Positions 1 through 11,431 of a stretch of DNA of 58,622 nucleotides are shown one piece after another; position 1 is the first letter of the stretch; each line of letters opens with the position of its first letter. The DNA lies in assembly GCA_002269645.1 (NCBI GenBank), contig NIVC01004133.1, positions 1-58,622 on the forward strand, written 5' to 3'. Below the pieces are notes generated by a model. The model had not been told where the DNA came from and searched no databases. It saw nothing but the letters and a program-made list of their open reading frames with translations. Source of the DNA: Macrostomum lignano. Lineage: Eukaryota. The translations under genes and the position numbers were made by a program.

Positions 1-862
1 AATATTGATAGCAAGCGTCAAACCGTATTTATTGGCTCTTCAATTCATTTAGCCAAGTTTTTAAGTTACTCCTTTGCGGCTTTGTAAAATTACATTTCAC
101 TTCATAATCATAGCATAGTCATAAAACATAGACCAAATCCAGACTGTCACTGAATTAATGCCTCTTAGTTTTATGCAGCTAAGCCTAGTCTACTTTAAAT
201 GTAATTGAGTGTTCTCGTAGCTCTTTAGCTCATTTTTAGTGTTTACTGTTTGCCCTACTAAGTCTAGGCCTAGGCCTAGTTACTTGGCCTATGTGAATTC
301 AATTCTCTATTTAAATTTTATATATTCCTACGCTTCTCTGCAGCCACCCATCTAAAGTCAAATAAAACATTTTAATATGAATAGAAAAGGAAATTCAGCC
401 ACTCACTCTCAGCCACATGGCTCAACACATAACAATGCTTTATCAGGAACTTATCAAAAAAATCATTGGACTTATGTAAGACTATAGTCTAGTCAGTGCC
501 TTTTTATATATAATTTATGTAAATGCTTTAATTATATGACACATAAAATTTGTATTCTACAATTATAGCCTATTAAAAATTGGCCCTGGTTTTCATTTTA
601 GTATACACCTATAATATAGGCATAATAGGCGACAGTAAAGTAAAGATAAATAAATTTTGATCTATTAGATATTCTAGGCTTATGGCTAGGCCTATATCTA
701 ATAATTGAACTATATATAGGCCTATCAATATAGAATTTTTGTACAAAAAATGTAGGCCTAATTCTTGTAATATAATATTATTATATTGCATTTAGGAAAA
801 ATTGTATAGTGCAAAAGAAAATTGCACACTTAGGCCTATATACTTATACCATAATTTAGATC

Positions 863-1967
863 CAGTGTTGGGCACCAGCCACATTCCAGATCATCTAGTA
901 TATGCCAAAAATTTGGGCAGCATTGGCCTTGCATGCCAAAATTAGCCGTGCACAGATGTGTGTATGTAAGCCTGGCATGCACTTTAAAGAATCAAATGTA
1001 AGAATTATTGTAGCATATAGCATAAATTTATTTAGCATAAATTTCAAGCTTTCTAGTTTTTTTAAAATTGTAGAAAGCATTTAAACAAATCTTTGTGTGT
1101 ATCAATTTTTTGCTATAAAAAATTGCCAAAAAAGCAGAAAAATCAACCAAAAAGTTTGCTAATAGGGGTTTATTATGCAATTTAAAAAAGGTTATTTATT
1201 GTCACAATGTAAAAAAGGTCATTTATTGTTGCAACACTGGCACATTTTTGAGAATGGGCTTGTACTACCTTTTTTGGTATGTATTTAAAATTAATCAATT
1301 TTTGTTTGGTTGTGCATCTAGTATGATCTGCGCCTTAGGGGGGTTGGCTCTCAAAGCTGTTAATTACATAAGCAAAGCCAAGCCAAGATTCCAATTGAGC
1401 CCCAAATTAATGTGACTGCACTTGGAATCAAGCCTAGGTTGTTGGCACACCAGAGTAGCTACGCTATTGCTATGCTATGGCCCCCGTGTGAGCATTGATC
1501 ACTTTGATCTCACTTCTTTCCCAATCTTTCATAACTTTCTCCTGTGCCTGCTAATGCTAATGAAACAACTCTTCTATTTGTATTTTATTATTAACTAATT
1601 AGCTTTTAAGTTTTAAAGAAATAAGTTAATTCTTTTACTGTATGCTTACTTTTAGTAGTATTATACATACAAGTTTTTTAATTTATTATGTATTACTTTT
1701 GCTTATAAACCAGTTAGATGACCTCTGTGTTTCCCTAAAAAGATGGAAAAGCAAAGATAGTATATTTTGAAGTCTGTTTTGAAAAAAAGTACAAGATTTC
1801 TATATTTTCTAGGTTAACTTTAACAGATTAATGCTTTTTAACAACTATCAGTTAACTTTCAGTTTATTTAACAAATTTAAAAGTTAATAAATTAAGATTT
1901 TCTTGTTTTAACACTAACACTTGCCATTAATGGAAGTTAAGATTTTTATTAACAGTGCCCAATACTG
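863..1967. mobile_element. Non-autonomous hAT-type DNA element (1105 bp)
   Basis: TIRs CAGTGTTGGGCA (863-874) and TGCCCAATACTG (1956-1967; 11/12 match). Perfect 8-bp TSD TTTAGATC at 855-862 and 1968-1975. Confidence 0.85.
1328..1485 (-). mobile_element. 5' fragment of tRNA-derived SINE family A, heavily C>T/G>A mutated
   Basis: Reverse complement aligns with 5845-5997 over ~150 bp, including degenerate A/B boxes. Confidence 0.85.
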
Positions 1968-4900
1968 TTTAGATCATAGCAGATATATACCAAAATGAAA
2001 ATTCTAGTTTTTTCAATTTTACACAGATATAAGTTAATATTACACAGATATAAATAAAAAACTTTTTATATTAAAATTTAAATTAGACCTTTACTTATAT
2101 GCCAACTTATTTAGAGGCTATATTTCTTAGAAATAAAATAAAATAATATAGAAATATAGATAGGGCCTATTATAATTTTTACATTATATATTATAATTCA
2201 TGATTTAGACTATTAAATAAAGTAGGCAATTAATTAGAAAAACAAAAATTAACCTGTCTATCAAGTTTATCAATAGTAGGCCTAATAATCTGCTATATTA
2301 ATTTTTTAATATTGGTAAAATTGTATTAGGCCTAGATTTAATATGAAATTGTATACCAAAAAGTTGCAATTTTTTGTTTTATATGCTAGTGTAGATGCAA
2401 GAATTCTATGTTATATCGTGATTTATCATAACTTCTATGACTTGTATAAGTTTATCTATTGATATATAAGTTGAACTATTGATATATATATATATATATT
2501 ATTCAGCTAAGTTTCTATAATCTTAAGCAAATATTTTTTAAATAAGGTCTATATCTAAACCATTTAGACATAGATTTATAATCAAACAGTTATAAATAAT
2601 ATAGAAATGGAGGTATATATAATATATAATTTATATAAATCATAGAAGTTATATAAGTTATATAAGTCATAGAAATGTTTGATAAACTTGGAATTTCACA
2701 AGGTCTAAATTGTATACTATCAAAACTAAAAAAGTAGCCATTTTGATAAAAATTGAAACTTTATAAGGTCAAGTTTAGCAAAGTTAAAAACTCCAATATC
2801 CAAAGATAGAGGTTAAATAGGAATGAAGTTATTGAATAGGATTGGAATTGAAAATATTTTTGGGGGAGGGTTAAGATTAGGATTGGGATTTAGTAATTCA
2901 ATCAGGTCTTTTAGTGTACCATAGTTCATTGGTCCATATAGAATTATAGAGAAGGTATACAATATAGTATAGACAAAAATATTAGCTATTAAAGTACTGA
3001 TAGGCATAACTATAAGTATTTGTACAAGACTACTAGCCAAATTTTTAATATTTTGTATGTTGAAAGATTAATAAGTATATTAAATGTTTTAAATGTGCAA
3101 AAAATAAATGAAAAAAATGTATAATTAAGCTCAGAAAAGTGCTAAAAGTTATTAATATTTAATTTCTTGGGTTTTGGATATTCAAAATAAAGGGCCTTAT
3201 TGTTTATAAATTTTTAAACATGATTTAAAGTAGAAAAGGTAGAAAACAGACTAAGATATCTTATCAATGCAAAAACTGTTTTCAGTTTATATTACCAGGT
3301 TGACCTACTTTGCAGTTCCCAAACAATTGTCCAAGCAAGCACTTTTTTGCTTGTTTCTATAAGGCATCATAGAAGACATTTATTGCTGCCACTCACAACA
3401 AAATTTTTTTTGTGCAGGGTAAAAAAATTGTGCAGGCAGAATTAGAAACCTAAGCTGATTATTGTTAGTAAAATGAAGAAACAAATGAAGAAATTCAATC
3501 CAGCATGCTTTTTTTCTTGTCATAATTTTTTCTCAGTCACAACTTTCAAAAATTTTAGTGGCTATAAAGCAATCAAATATAGCCGGTTTTATTTGACTTT
3601 CAAGAGGTAGAAAATATTGCAAACAACTAACCAAGGGAATCACTGAATAATTAATTCAAATTGTATGGCATTGTTAAATTGTCAAAACCTGAAATATTTC
3701 TAAAACTTTGTTTTAATCAAAAAGGCACATTTGTTGCCAAAACTATCCAAAACTAGTCTATATATCTAAATCTGAGCTTAGTAAGCTAATAGTTAAATTG
3801 GTCCAATATGCAAATTAAAAATCAGTTCGGATCAGTCCTTGCTCTTACTGTCCATGCCCTGAACCACAGTTGACACCATGCTAGTGCTAGTGCACTTGTT
3901 CGAACTCAAACTCTGACATGAAGGCCCCCCTGACTGGGGAATCTGGGGACTCAACAGGTTCTGGCGCTCCTTTTGCAGGATCTCTTGCTTTTTTGCAATT
4001 GCTTGCTTGTCTTTTTTAGCACTACTTAGATGCATTGCTTCTTTGCGCTTCTCAGCAGCTGTCTGCATGAGTTCTCGAAGCTGGCTCTCCTGTTCCACTA
4101 CTGTTTGTAATGAACTTGCCAATGAATGCTTCGCAGCCTTCGCTGCCTCTGCCACCTGCAGTTCTTTCTTTTTCTTCTCCTCTTCAGCTTTGCATTCCTT
4201 CCGTTGTTGTTCCAACTTCTTGTGATAATTGCATCGTGCTTCGAAACCACGCTTTATGAGTGAGTCATCAATTGGAAACGTTTCTGCTGACCAGCCTCGG
4301 CTTGCGAGCCCTGACTTAAGCATCAGCATGGCGTGCAGCATTTCCTCCTGTAGGCAGTTACGTTCATTGGTTAAATTGGATGTCAGGAGCTTCAGCAGGC
4401 GCTCCGTGTCTGCATTACCATGTGGTAGGCAGAGCGAGGAAAGAGCCAATTTACTCAAGGTTCGATACGATTCCAGATTGCTCACACTTAACCAGAAGCC
4501 CACAATGTTGCGAGTCTCCGAAAGTGTGCAATCAAAGGTGTTAATTCGGTCATAGATCCGCAGCATACGAGCTTCTGCTGCGACGGAGACCACATCTTCA
4601 GTGATTACTGTTTTCATCACCTTCGCAACTGAGACAGCATTCTCCTCAAAGAATGAATTAGCTCGAGTGCTAGGATCAAGAAACGAAAGACTTCGCCGTA
4701 GTTTCGCCTGCTTATGATTTCCAACTGGCAAATAATGCAATAGCTTGTCAACAAGTGTTACATAGAAGTCCTTGACATCTTTGAGAAACATCAGACTGGC
4801 ACCGCTCCAATTTGAAAATGCTGCTTCGAAGTGTCTCCTGGCTTGGCCGAAGGTGGTTGACAGAATTTTTTAAATCGATCTGATGCACGGCTCTGCCTTC

Positions 4901-5846
4901 CATGGCTTCCTTTGAGACAAAGCGGACGAGAGCAGACTTGAACAGATCATCCATCTTCTGGAAAAGGGCATGAATCAGAGTTTCATTCCTTTGAAAAAGA
5001 AGTTCAAACTTCTTGCACTGCTGCAGTGCATCCTGAAGAAATTGGAGTTTCAGGAGTGTGGTCTTGTTTGCAGTCGCAAGCTTGATACGCTTTACGAGCG
5101 TAGTCGCAACTTGTTCTGCGTGTCTTCATTGGCGTCATCTGGAGCTTGGCTAAAGCTCCAAAGCAGGCCACACGACAAGAAGCCGACTAACGACTGGATG
5201 CATCTGCAACCAGCGGGTCTCGACTAGCCGGAGTAGAAAAAGTTCCGGAATTTGTACTCTCGATGAATCACTTCAATACTATTCCTTCGTTTGGCGTAGC
5301 GAAAGTAGTTGAAGAGGTCTTTGGCAAATTGCTCTACTTCTTCTCCCAGTGCAGTGACAGCATACTTGGTCGCATTGTGCACATGGTGTAGTGAGCAACC
5401 AACCAGATCGAGAATATGCTGAAGGCCAGGTTCCTTTCGCAGTTTTGCGATTACACCACCCTTTTCACCTCTCATGGTGTTGCAGCTGTCGCACATGATT
5501 GCAAGCAGGTTCTTAAAAGGAACACCTCTCGCAACTAAGACGTCCTGAAGAAGTTTTTTTCAGGACTTCAGCTGTCTGCTCTGAGAGCTCATTGACACTT
5601 AAGCAAGTAGTAACGACCTCTTTCTTATCTTGATCTAAATAGCGCACTAGAAAGGCAACGAAGGACCTGTTACCTCTTGTCTTCTCATCGAGAAGAACCG
5701 AGAATGGGCATTTTGATAGCTTCTCAATTAGCATCGCCGTAAATTCTGATTCTAGTGCTTCAATAGTCAGGTACGTCGCCTTCATCCTGCCACAGGAAAA
5801 GTCTTGCAATCGATAAATCAGGAAACATTCACCTAAAAGTAGCTGC

Positions 5847-6199
5847 CGTAGCCCAGCGGTAGCGCAGCTGCTCTGGTGTGCCAGCGACCCAGGCTCGATT
5901 CCAAGTGCAGTCACATTAATTTGGGGCTGAATTGGAATCTCGGCTTGGCTCTGCTGGTGCAATTGACGGCCTTGAGATCCAACCCCCCAAGGCGCAGTAA
6001 AGTGTACATGCCTAACGATAATATAAAGTTAGGGCCACTGTACACTCCTGTGTGAGTGTGTGCCTGCGTACGTATCCGCGCGCTTGTATGCCTGCTCAGG
6101 GGAGTCTGCGGAATGGGCAGCAATGCCTCTCGCCGGTTGTGTGCCAATGTCGCTTAAAGTGCGCCAGGGTGCACACAACCCCCTGCCTCTAATAAAAAA
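5847..6199 (+). mobile_element. Near full-length tRNA-derived SINE family A inserted in the hAT transposase
   Basis: A-box TAGCCCAGCGG, B-box-like GGCTCGATTCC, 3' AATAAAAAAA tail. Flanking direct repeat AGCTGC (5841-5846, 6200-6205). Homologous copies at 1328-1485, ~21090-21230 and 55306-55588. Confidence 0.85.
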
Positions 6200-6367
6200 A
6201 GCTGCGGAGTCAGAGCTGGATGCAAAAGAAAAGTCGTGCTCCACCTGTCGAGTGACCCAAATGAGCTCAGACTGCAAAACATCTTTTTGGTGCTTCGTAA
6301 AATTGCTATTTGGAGTTGCTGCAAAGAAGCTTGTTACAGGCTGACATTTCGACACTTCCCGTACCAG

Positions 6368-6537
6368 CATGCTTGGGCGCAACCTAGGGATTCACCCGGC
6401 CGTTTCTATTGGCAACGCACACTGTCTTAGTAGTAGTCACGTAGTAGTAGTCACGTGACTGCTCTCAGCCAATAGCGACTTACATGAGTGTATTGCCAAT
6501 AAAACGGCCGGGTGATTCCAAAGGTTGCGCATGTAAG
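6368..6537. mobile_element. 170-bp MITE with 8-bp TSD inside the transposase
   Basis: Sub-terminal inverted repeats GCGCAACC..CACCCGGCCGTTT..ATTGGCAA. TSD CGTACCAG at 6360-6367 and 6538-6545. Removing the element and one TSD copy fuses EKHKR-LVR-EVSKCQPVTSFF in frame. Confidence 0.8.
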
Positions 6538-7429
6538 CGTACCAGGCGCTTGTGCTTCTCAGCTCTTGAGTGACTAATAAGCCGAGAGATGCCTCCCTGA
6601 GAGACATCAATGCTGGTCTTGCAGACAAAGCATTCCGCCTCTGTTTCCGTGTCAACGCGCTTGCACCAAGTCTTTATCAATGTTCCATTTGAGTCGGTCT
6701 GCTGGAGCCAATCGGACCGAAATTTTGTTTTCGCTCATAACAATTATTCTGAAATTGAGGCACATAATTAGTCCCAAGTGCCAAGTCAGGTGGCTAATTA
6801 CTGAATTTTGATTGCAAGATAAGGACCTTTGCTCAAAGCACTCTAAGGCTTCTAGCATTGCAATAATGTAATTTTGTTCCTTTACAGTTTTTTGCACATT
6901 TAAAATAGAATACTAATAATTCCTCTTAAGTAGTATATATTGCTTTTTATATAATGTATGTATTTATGTGTGTATAAAAGTCATTTGGATGTAAAAAATC
7001 GACTCAACACGGAGGGCTGATGAAAATAAGACGTAGGGGTGGCATTTCTACTTTAATTGGTAATTGATTCGAAAATTAACTATTGAAGAAATCAGAGACC
7101 CACTTGAATTGTACTATTTCTCTCCCTTTTATGGTATTTGTACCGGCTATTTTAAATTTAATTTGCTAAAGTGCACTGTTTCTACCTATCTGCTAGATTA
7201 AATGTATCGAAATGCAGAATTTGATTGCAGTTAAGCCCTATTACTAAAATAATGATAGACTATGGATTCTCTGCATTCTCCTTTCCTGCTACTATGCGTA
7301 CGTTCTGTTTTCATTCTCTATCTGCAATTGGCGAGTCTCATTGGCGTTTCTCCCCACCCCCCACCTCCCTCCTGCCCTGTCTCTCTCCAATGCCTGCTCT
7401 GGTTAGAACGGCTCAAAAGGTTTGTGCAG

Positions 7430-7895
7430 CGAGCCGGTCGAGTCTCCGCGACCCCAGCCGCCGCCTCCGCCGCCGCCGCCACCTGACAGGCGCTACGACC
7501 CGGCTAATTACTCTCTGCGCCTGCGGCAGCTCAGCAGCAACACTAGCGGCGGCCCTACAGCAGCACCTGCTGGCATTCCCAACGGCAAGCGCCAGCCGCC
7601 TCCACCGCCGCCCCCACCGCCTCAGCAGCAGCAGCAGCAGCAGCATCGCGTGATCACGCCATCAAATTTTCACGCCCCACCGCCTGCAGCCGTTCTGGCA
7701 GCCATGGCCGAGGAAACTCTCATGGCTGCCGCTGCAGCCGCCGCTGCCGCAGCTTCAAACAACGACGGGAAGCGTCGTCATAGCAACGGATCGTTCGAAG
7801 GTGACAAACCCGTACCGCCGGACGTGTCGCTGATTAATAGCAGGCACTACGGCTCCACGTCGAGTCTGGAGGCGTTGCAGAAGACTATGAGCAAG
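7430..7895 (+). CDS. SIPA1L: SIPA1L-like RapGAP, N-terminal exon (5' boundary uncertain)
   Basis: P/Q/A-rich ORF ending ...RHYGSTSSLEALQKTMSK. YGSTSS matches the SIPA1L N-terminal motif. Phase-0 donor AAG|GTTTGC at 7895/7896. The track start is a TTG, so no true ATG was found. Confidence 0.65.
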
Positions 7896-7989
7896 GTTTG
7901 CGCTTTCAATTGGTGTTTTTCTTAAGTGGGTGGTAAATATGGGGATGGAAAACTCCGGCCTGCGAAGCCTCTCTATCTGGCCTTCCAGT

Positions 7990-8727
7990 GCCTGCGCGTG
8001 AAAAGTGGTTTAGTGAGAGAGAGGAACGGTCATAGACAACAACAACAACAAGGGTTGGGGTAACTCCTGGGGTTCACGAGAGGCAGTCAAAGTCATCAGC
8101 CGAGGGCCTGCGCGTGAAAAGTGGTTTAGTGAGAGAGGAACGGCCATAGACAACAACAGCAAGGGTTGGGGTAACTCCATGGATGAAGGAATAAAAAGGA
8201 TCGCTCAACTGAAAGCGAGTCTATGGCCAAAACGTCCCAAAAATTTGGGATACCCCCCATGAATTTCATTGGCTGATGGAATTTAATAATAGTACCCCCT
8301 AAGTTCCTACTAGCTGAAGCTTGTACGCGAAGGAAATTCCAAATCCAAAGTCACGATTAACGTTAGACATCTTTAACTTCCTCTGGGCCACGACGGCTTA
8401 AGGGAAAGAAATTAGCATTTCCCCCGAGTACAAGCTTCAGCCATTAAGAACTTAGGGGAGACTTATTAAATTCCAGCAGCCAATAAAATTCATGAGGGGA
8501 AATATCCCAATTTTTAGAAAGTCTTGGCCATAGACTCGCTTTCAGATGAGCGATCCTTTCTATTCCTTCATCCATGGGTAACTCCTGGAGTTCACGAGAG
8601 ACAGTCAAAATCATCAGCCGAGGGCCTGCGCGTGAAAAGTGGTTTAGAGAAAGGAATGGCCATAAACAACAGCAAGGGTTGGGGTAACTCGTGCGGTTCA
8701 CGAGAGACAGTCAAAGTCATCAGCCTG
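7990..8727. repeat. Three tandem ~111-116 bp units (GCCTGCGCGTGAAAAGTGGTTTAG...), the second interrupted by a MITE
   Basis: Unit starts at 7990, 8106 and 8624. Confidence 0.85.
8178..8576. mobile_element. Fold-back hAT-type MITE (399 bp)
   Basis: Perfect termini CATGGATGAAGG / CCTTCATCCATG. Inverted similarity extends >130 bp, with an inner pair around CTGAAGCTTGTAC. 8-bp TSD GGTAACTC at 8170-8177 and 8577-8584. Confidence 0.9.
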
Positions 8728-9359
8728 CAATAATGCTTGTGGCTAGACCATGTGGCTCTTGTACTATCTTGTCTCCATTGTTGAATGTACGTACAAGCGT
8801 ATATTGGATTTTTCTTGCACAAAGCAGAATGGGGAGGCTTCGGAATAAGCGAGCTAGATCTAGAAGCAGACACGAGCAGGTAGCAATTAAATAGATTGAG
8901 TATCCCCTCTCGAGTATGTAGCAGGTGCTGCGCAAGGCTTCTGGAGCGACCGAGGGAAAAATATCACGGCGGGGAAGCTATACAGTCAGATCCTGCTGAT
9001 AAAGCGCGTAATTTCTCTGTGTAGCCTTCTTCCTGTTAGTGAGTTTGCCTTTGTGTTCCCAACAGTAACAAGACTGACTGATTAATCTTCAAATACTTTC
9101 TAGGTCTGCATCCGTTTGACTCGGCCTGTTCGACTAAAAGGGGGGGGGTCGCTAGGGAAGCTAGAAATTCAGTCAGTCAAGTCCGCTTGCTCAGCAGCTA
9201 GCTTTTTACTTTATGTCTGAGGGATTGCAGGACTACAGTATGCAAGTTATTAATTGAAAATGGCTTGCGAATAATTATAAGCACACAATATAGATCGATT
9301 GATGTATCGATATAATACACCGAATAGTTCGCTACTAGGTACGTAGGACAAACCATAAA

Positions 9360-9815
9360 CAGAGCAGATGGATATGTACACACGAGATGGGTATACATAC
9401 AGAAGATGGATATATACATACAGAAGATGGATATATACATACAGAAGATAGACCTATGCACAAAGTAGATGAATATATACACAATATGGATATATGCATA
9501 CACAAGATGGATATATACATACAGAAGATAGACCTATGCACAAAGTAGATGGATATATATACACAATATGGATATATACATACACAAGATGGATATATAC
9601 ATACACAAGATGGATATATACATATAGAAGATGGATATATACATACAGAAGATGGATATATACATACAGAAGATGGATATATACATATAGAAGATGGATA
9701 TATACATACAGAAGATGGAAATATACACACCAAAGATGGATATATACACGCAACAGATGGGTATGCACACTGCATGTGGATATATACACGCAGTAGATGG
9801 ATATATGCTAAGAAA
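9360..9815. repeat. 21-bp minisatellite (AGATGGATATATACATACAGA)n
   Basis: Direct tandem periodicity; intronic. Confidence 0.9.
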
Positions 9816-9878
9816 TGAGTGCAGTTACGAGTAATAGATGTCAGTAAGCCCGAATAAATGCACCCAAGCCAGCCGCAG

Positions 9879-11229
9879 CTTCTCACCCGCAATCCACGCC
9901 AGGTTCGCATATCCGACGATGTCTCTATTGAGCCTAATAGGCAGCCGCCTTCCCAGCATCTGCGCAATTCCCAACAACAGAAGCAGCAGCAGCAGCATCA
10001 ACAGCATAGCAAGCTGGGTTCTCAGCAGCAACACCAGCAGCAGCAGTTGCTGAGCCCCTCCCGACCCGAGCAAGCCAAAGCCGGCAGTTTCAGCCTGTTT
10101 AAAAGCTTTCGCAAGAATAATTCTCTAAGCGAATTGGAGACTCCGGCTAGTCAGGCCAGGGCCAGGCAGCTGTTCGCCCACTGGGACTGCCAGAGCGCCG
10201 CATGGCGCGCCGAGGACCTCCTCGCTGCTGCCGCTGTCGCCTCCAGTTCCGCTGCCGCCGCCGCCGCTGCGGCCACTGCAGCTGTTGATGGCTCCGGCGA
10301 TTATAGCGCTGGCTTCGGCGGCGGCGGCGGTTCAACATCGTCTGGTGCGGCGTCTCCACTGCAGCCTCAGCAGCAGCCCCATCCTGGTGGCAAGCAGTCG
10401 CCGCAGCTGCCGCCGCCGCCTCCTGCGCAGCCGCAGCCGCCTAAGCGTCGCAACACGGGCGCTTCAGCCGCCGCCGTTGCTCAGGCCAGCGAAGACGGCG
10501 GCGACGAGACCAGCGGAGGCTGCGGTCGCTCCTCGGATGATTCCAGTGCAGTCGGCGGCAGCAACGGCGGAGCAGGCGGCAGCTGCGGCCTGCTGCTCCG
10601 CTGTCCGCACTTCGTTAACGAGCTTGGCGGCGAGCCAGTCCGAGTCTGCGCCCACACCCGCCTGACCTGCTCGCGTGTCTACGCGGCCTCCGCTGTGCCG
10701 CCGCCCCAGCAGCTCCTGCTGCCGCCGTCGGCCAATTCAGCCTGCATGCTAGCCCAGCCGCTGCCCGGACACTGTCCGGAATTCGCAGACCTTGGCGCCT
10801 GCTATTACAGGCAGCATTTCCGTACATTCGACGATCACACTAATTGGTTCGGTCAGGACCCGGACCTGGGACCCCTGGCTGTCAGCCTGCGCCGGGAGAA
10901 GATCAGCAGCCAGGATGGGCAGTACTCCGGTCACCTGTGGCGCGTCATCATTCGGAGCGGCGAGTTGCGAGCACTGCGCGGCTGCATCCTAGAGGAGGCG
11001 GTGCCAACCCACAGTCGCTATTCGGCTAACAAGGGCCTGCCGCCGCGCGACGTGCTGCACTTTGTGGCTCCCCAGCTGCCGCTGTCCTGCCTGCACCTGG
11101 GCCGGTCGGAGCCGCGCGTCTGGGACGATCTAGTGGCTATAGATGAACAGGTGCTAATTAATAAAATCAAAGTTGGCGTGCTGTTGTGCAAGGCTGGGCA
11201 GTCAACGGAAGAGGAAATGTATAATAATG
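9879..11229 (+). CDS. SIPA1L: SIPA1L-like exon: N-terminal conserved region and start of the RapGAP domain
   Basis: LFAHWDCQS, CPHFVNELGGE, YYRQHF..HTNWFG.DPDLGPLAVSLRREK, KIKVGVLLCKAGQSTEEEMYNN. Donor G|GTGAG at 11229. Acceptor at 9879 or 9903 (both phase 0). Confidence 0.9.
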
Positions 11230-11306
11230 GTGAGATTGTTTAAACTTCTTTACCTGCCAGTTTTGCTCAATTCATGGACCTCTGGAGATCTGGACTGGAC
11301 TCAACC

Positions 11307-11415
11307 GGGGATTGTAGCCTAGTGGTTAGAGCGTCAGACTCGCGACTGAAAGGTCGGGAGTTCGATTCTCGCCCCACTCGCTCGGAACAATCTGTGTCCT
11401 TGAGCAAGAACCATC
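11307..11415 (+). mobile_element. Truncated tRNA-derived CORE-like SINE (family B)
   Basis: A-box TAGCCTAGTGG, B-box AGTTCGATTCT, followed by TGTGTCCTTGAGCAAG shared with the copies at 11956 and 32757. Confidence 0.8.
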
Positions 11416-11431
11416 TCGTCAATACATTTTG

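Larger units (their letters stand above)
1..3800. other. AT-rich, CpG-poor, TpA-rich degenerate block (decayed repeat DNA)
   Basis: By eye: very few CG dinucleotides and many TAG/CTA/TAGGCCTA/TATA words. No credible ORF. Contains a MITE and a SINE fragment. Composition changes near 3800. Confidence 0.7.
3832..6680 (-). pseudogene. hAT-superfamily transposase pseudogene (frameshifts, in-frame stop, two nested insertions)
   Basis: BED-like Zn finger (CFVC...SHSRAEKH, 6480-6680); MFPD..IA/DFSCGRMK; catalytic motifs FSVLLDE, MCDSCNTMRG, GCSLHHVHN; VETRWL (~5200-5225); C-terminal hAT dimerisation motif LCLPHGNADTER in ORF 3832-4791. Confidence 0.9.

Noticed and set aside
2813-3040. Possible relic Gypsy integrase GPY motif on + (P*FIGPYRIIEKV) and a 75-aa minus ORF
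   Set aside because: A single short motif in low-complexity, stop-rich DNA with no supporting domains; a tblastn of a back-mutated sequence would be needed.
11307-11385. Apparent tRNA genes (also 5845-5905, 11956-12030, 32685-32757)
   Set aside because: Stems are imperfect and each continues into a shared SINE body, so they are SINE heads.
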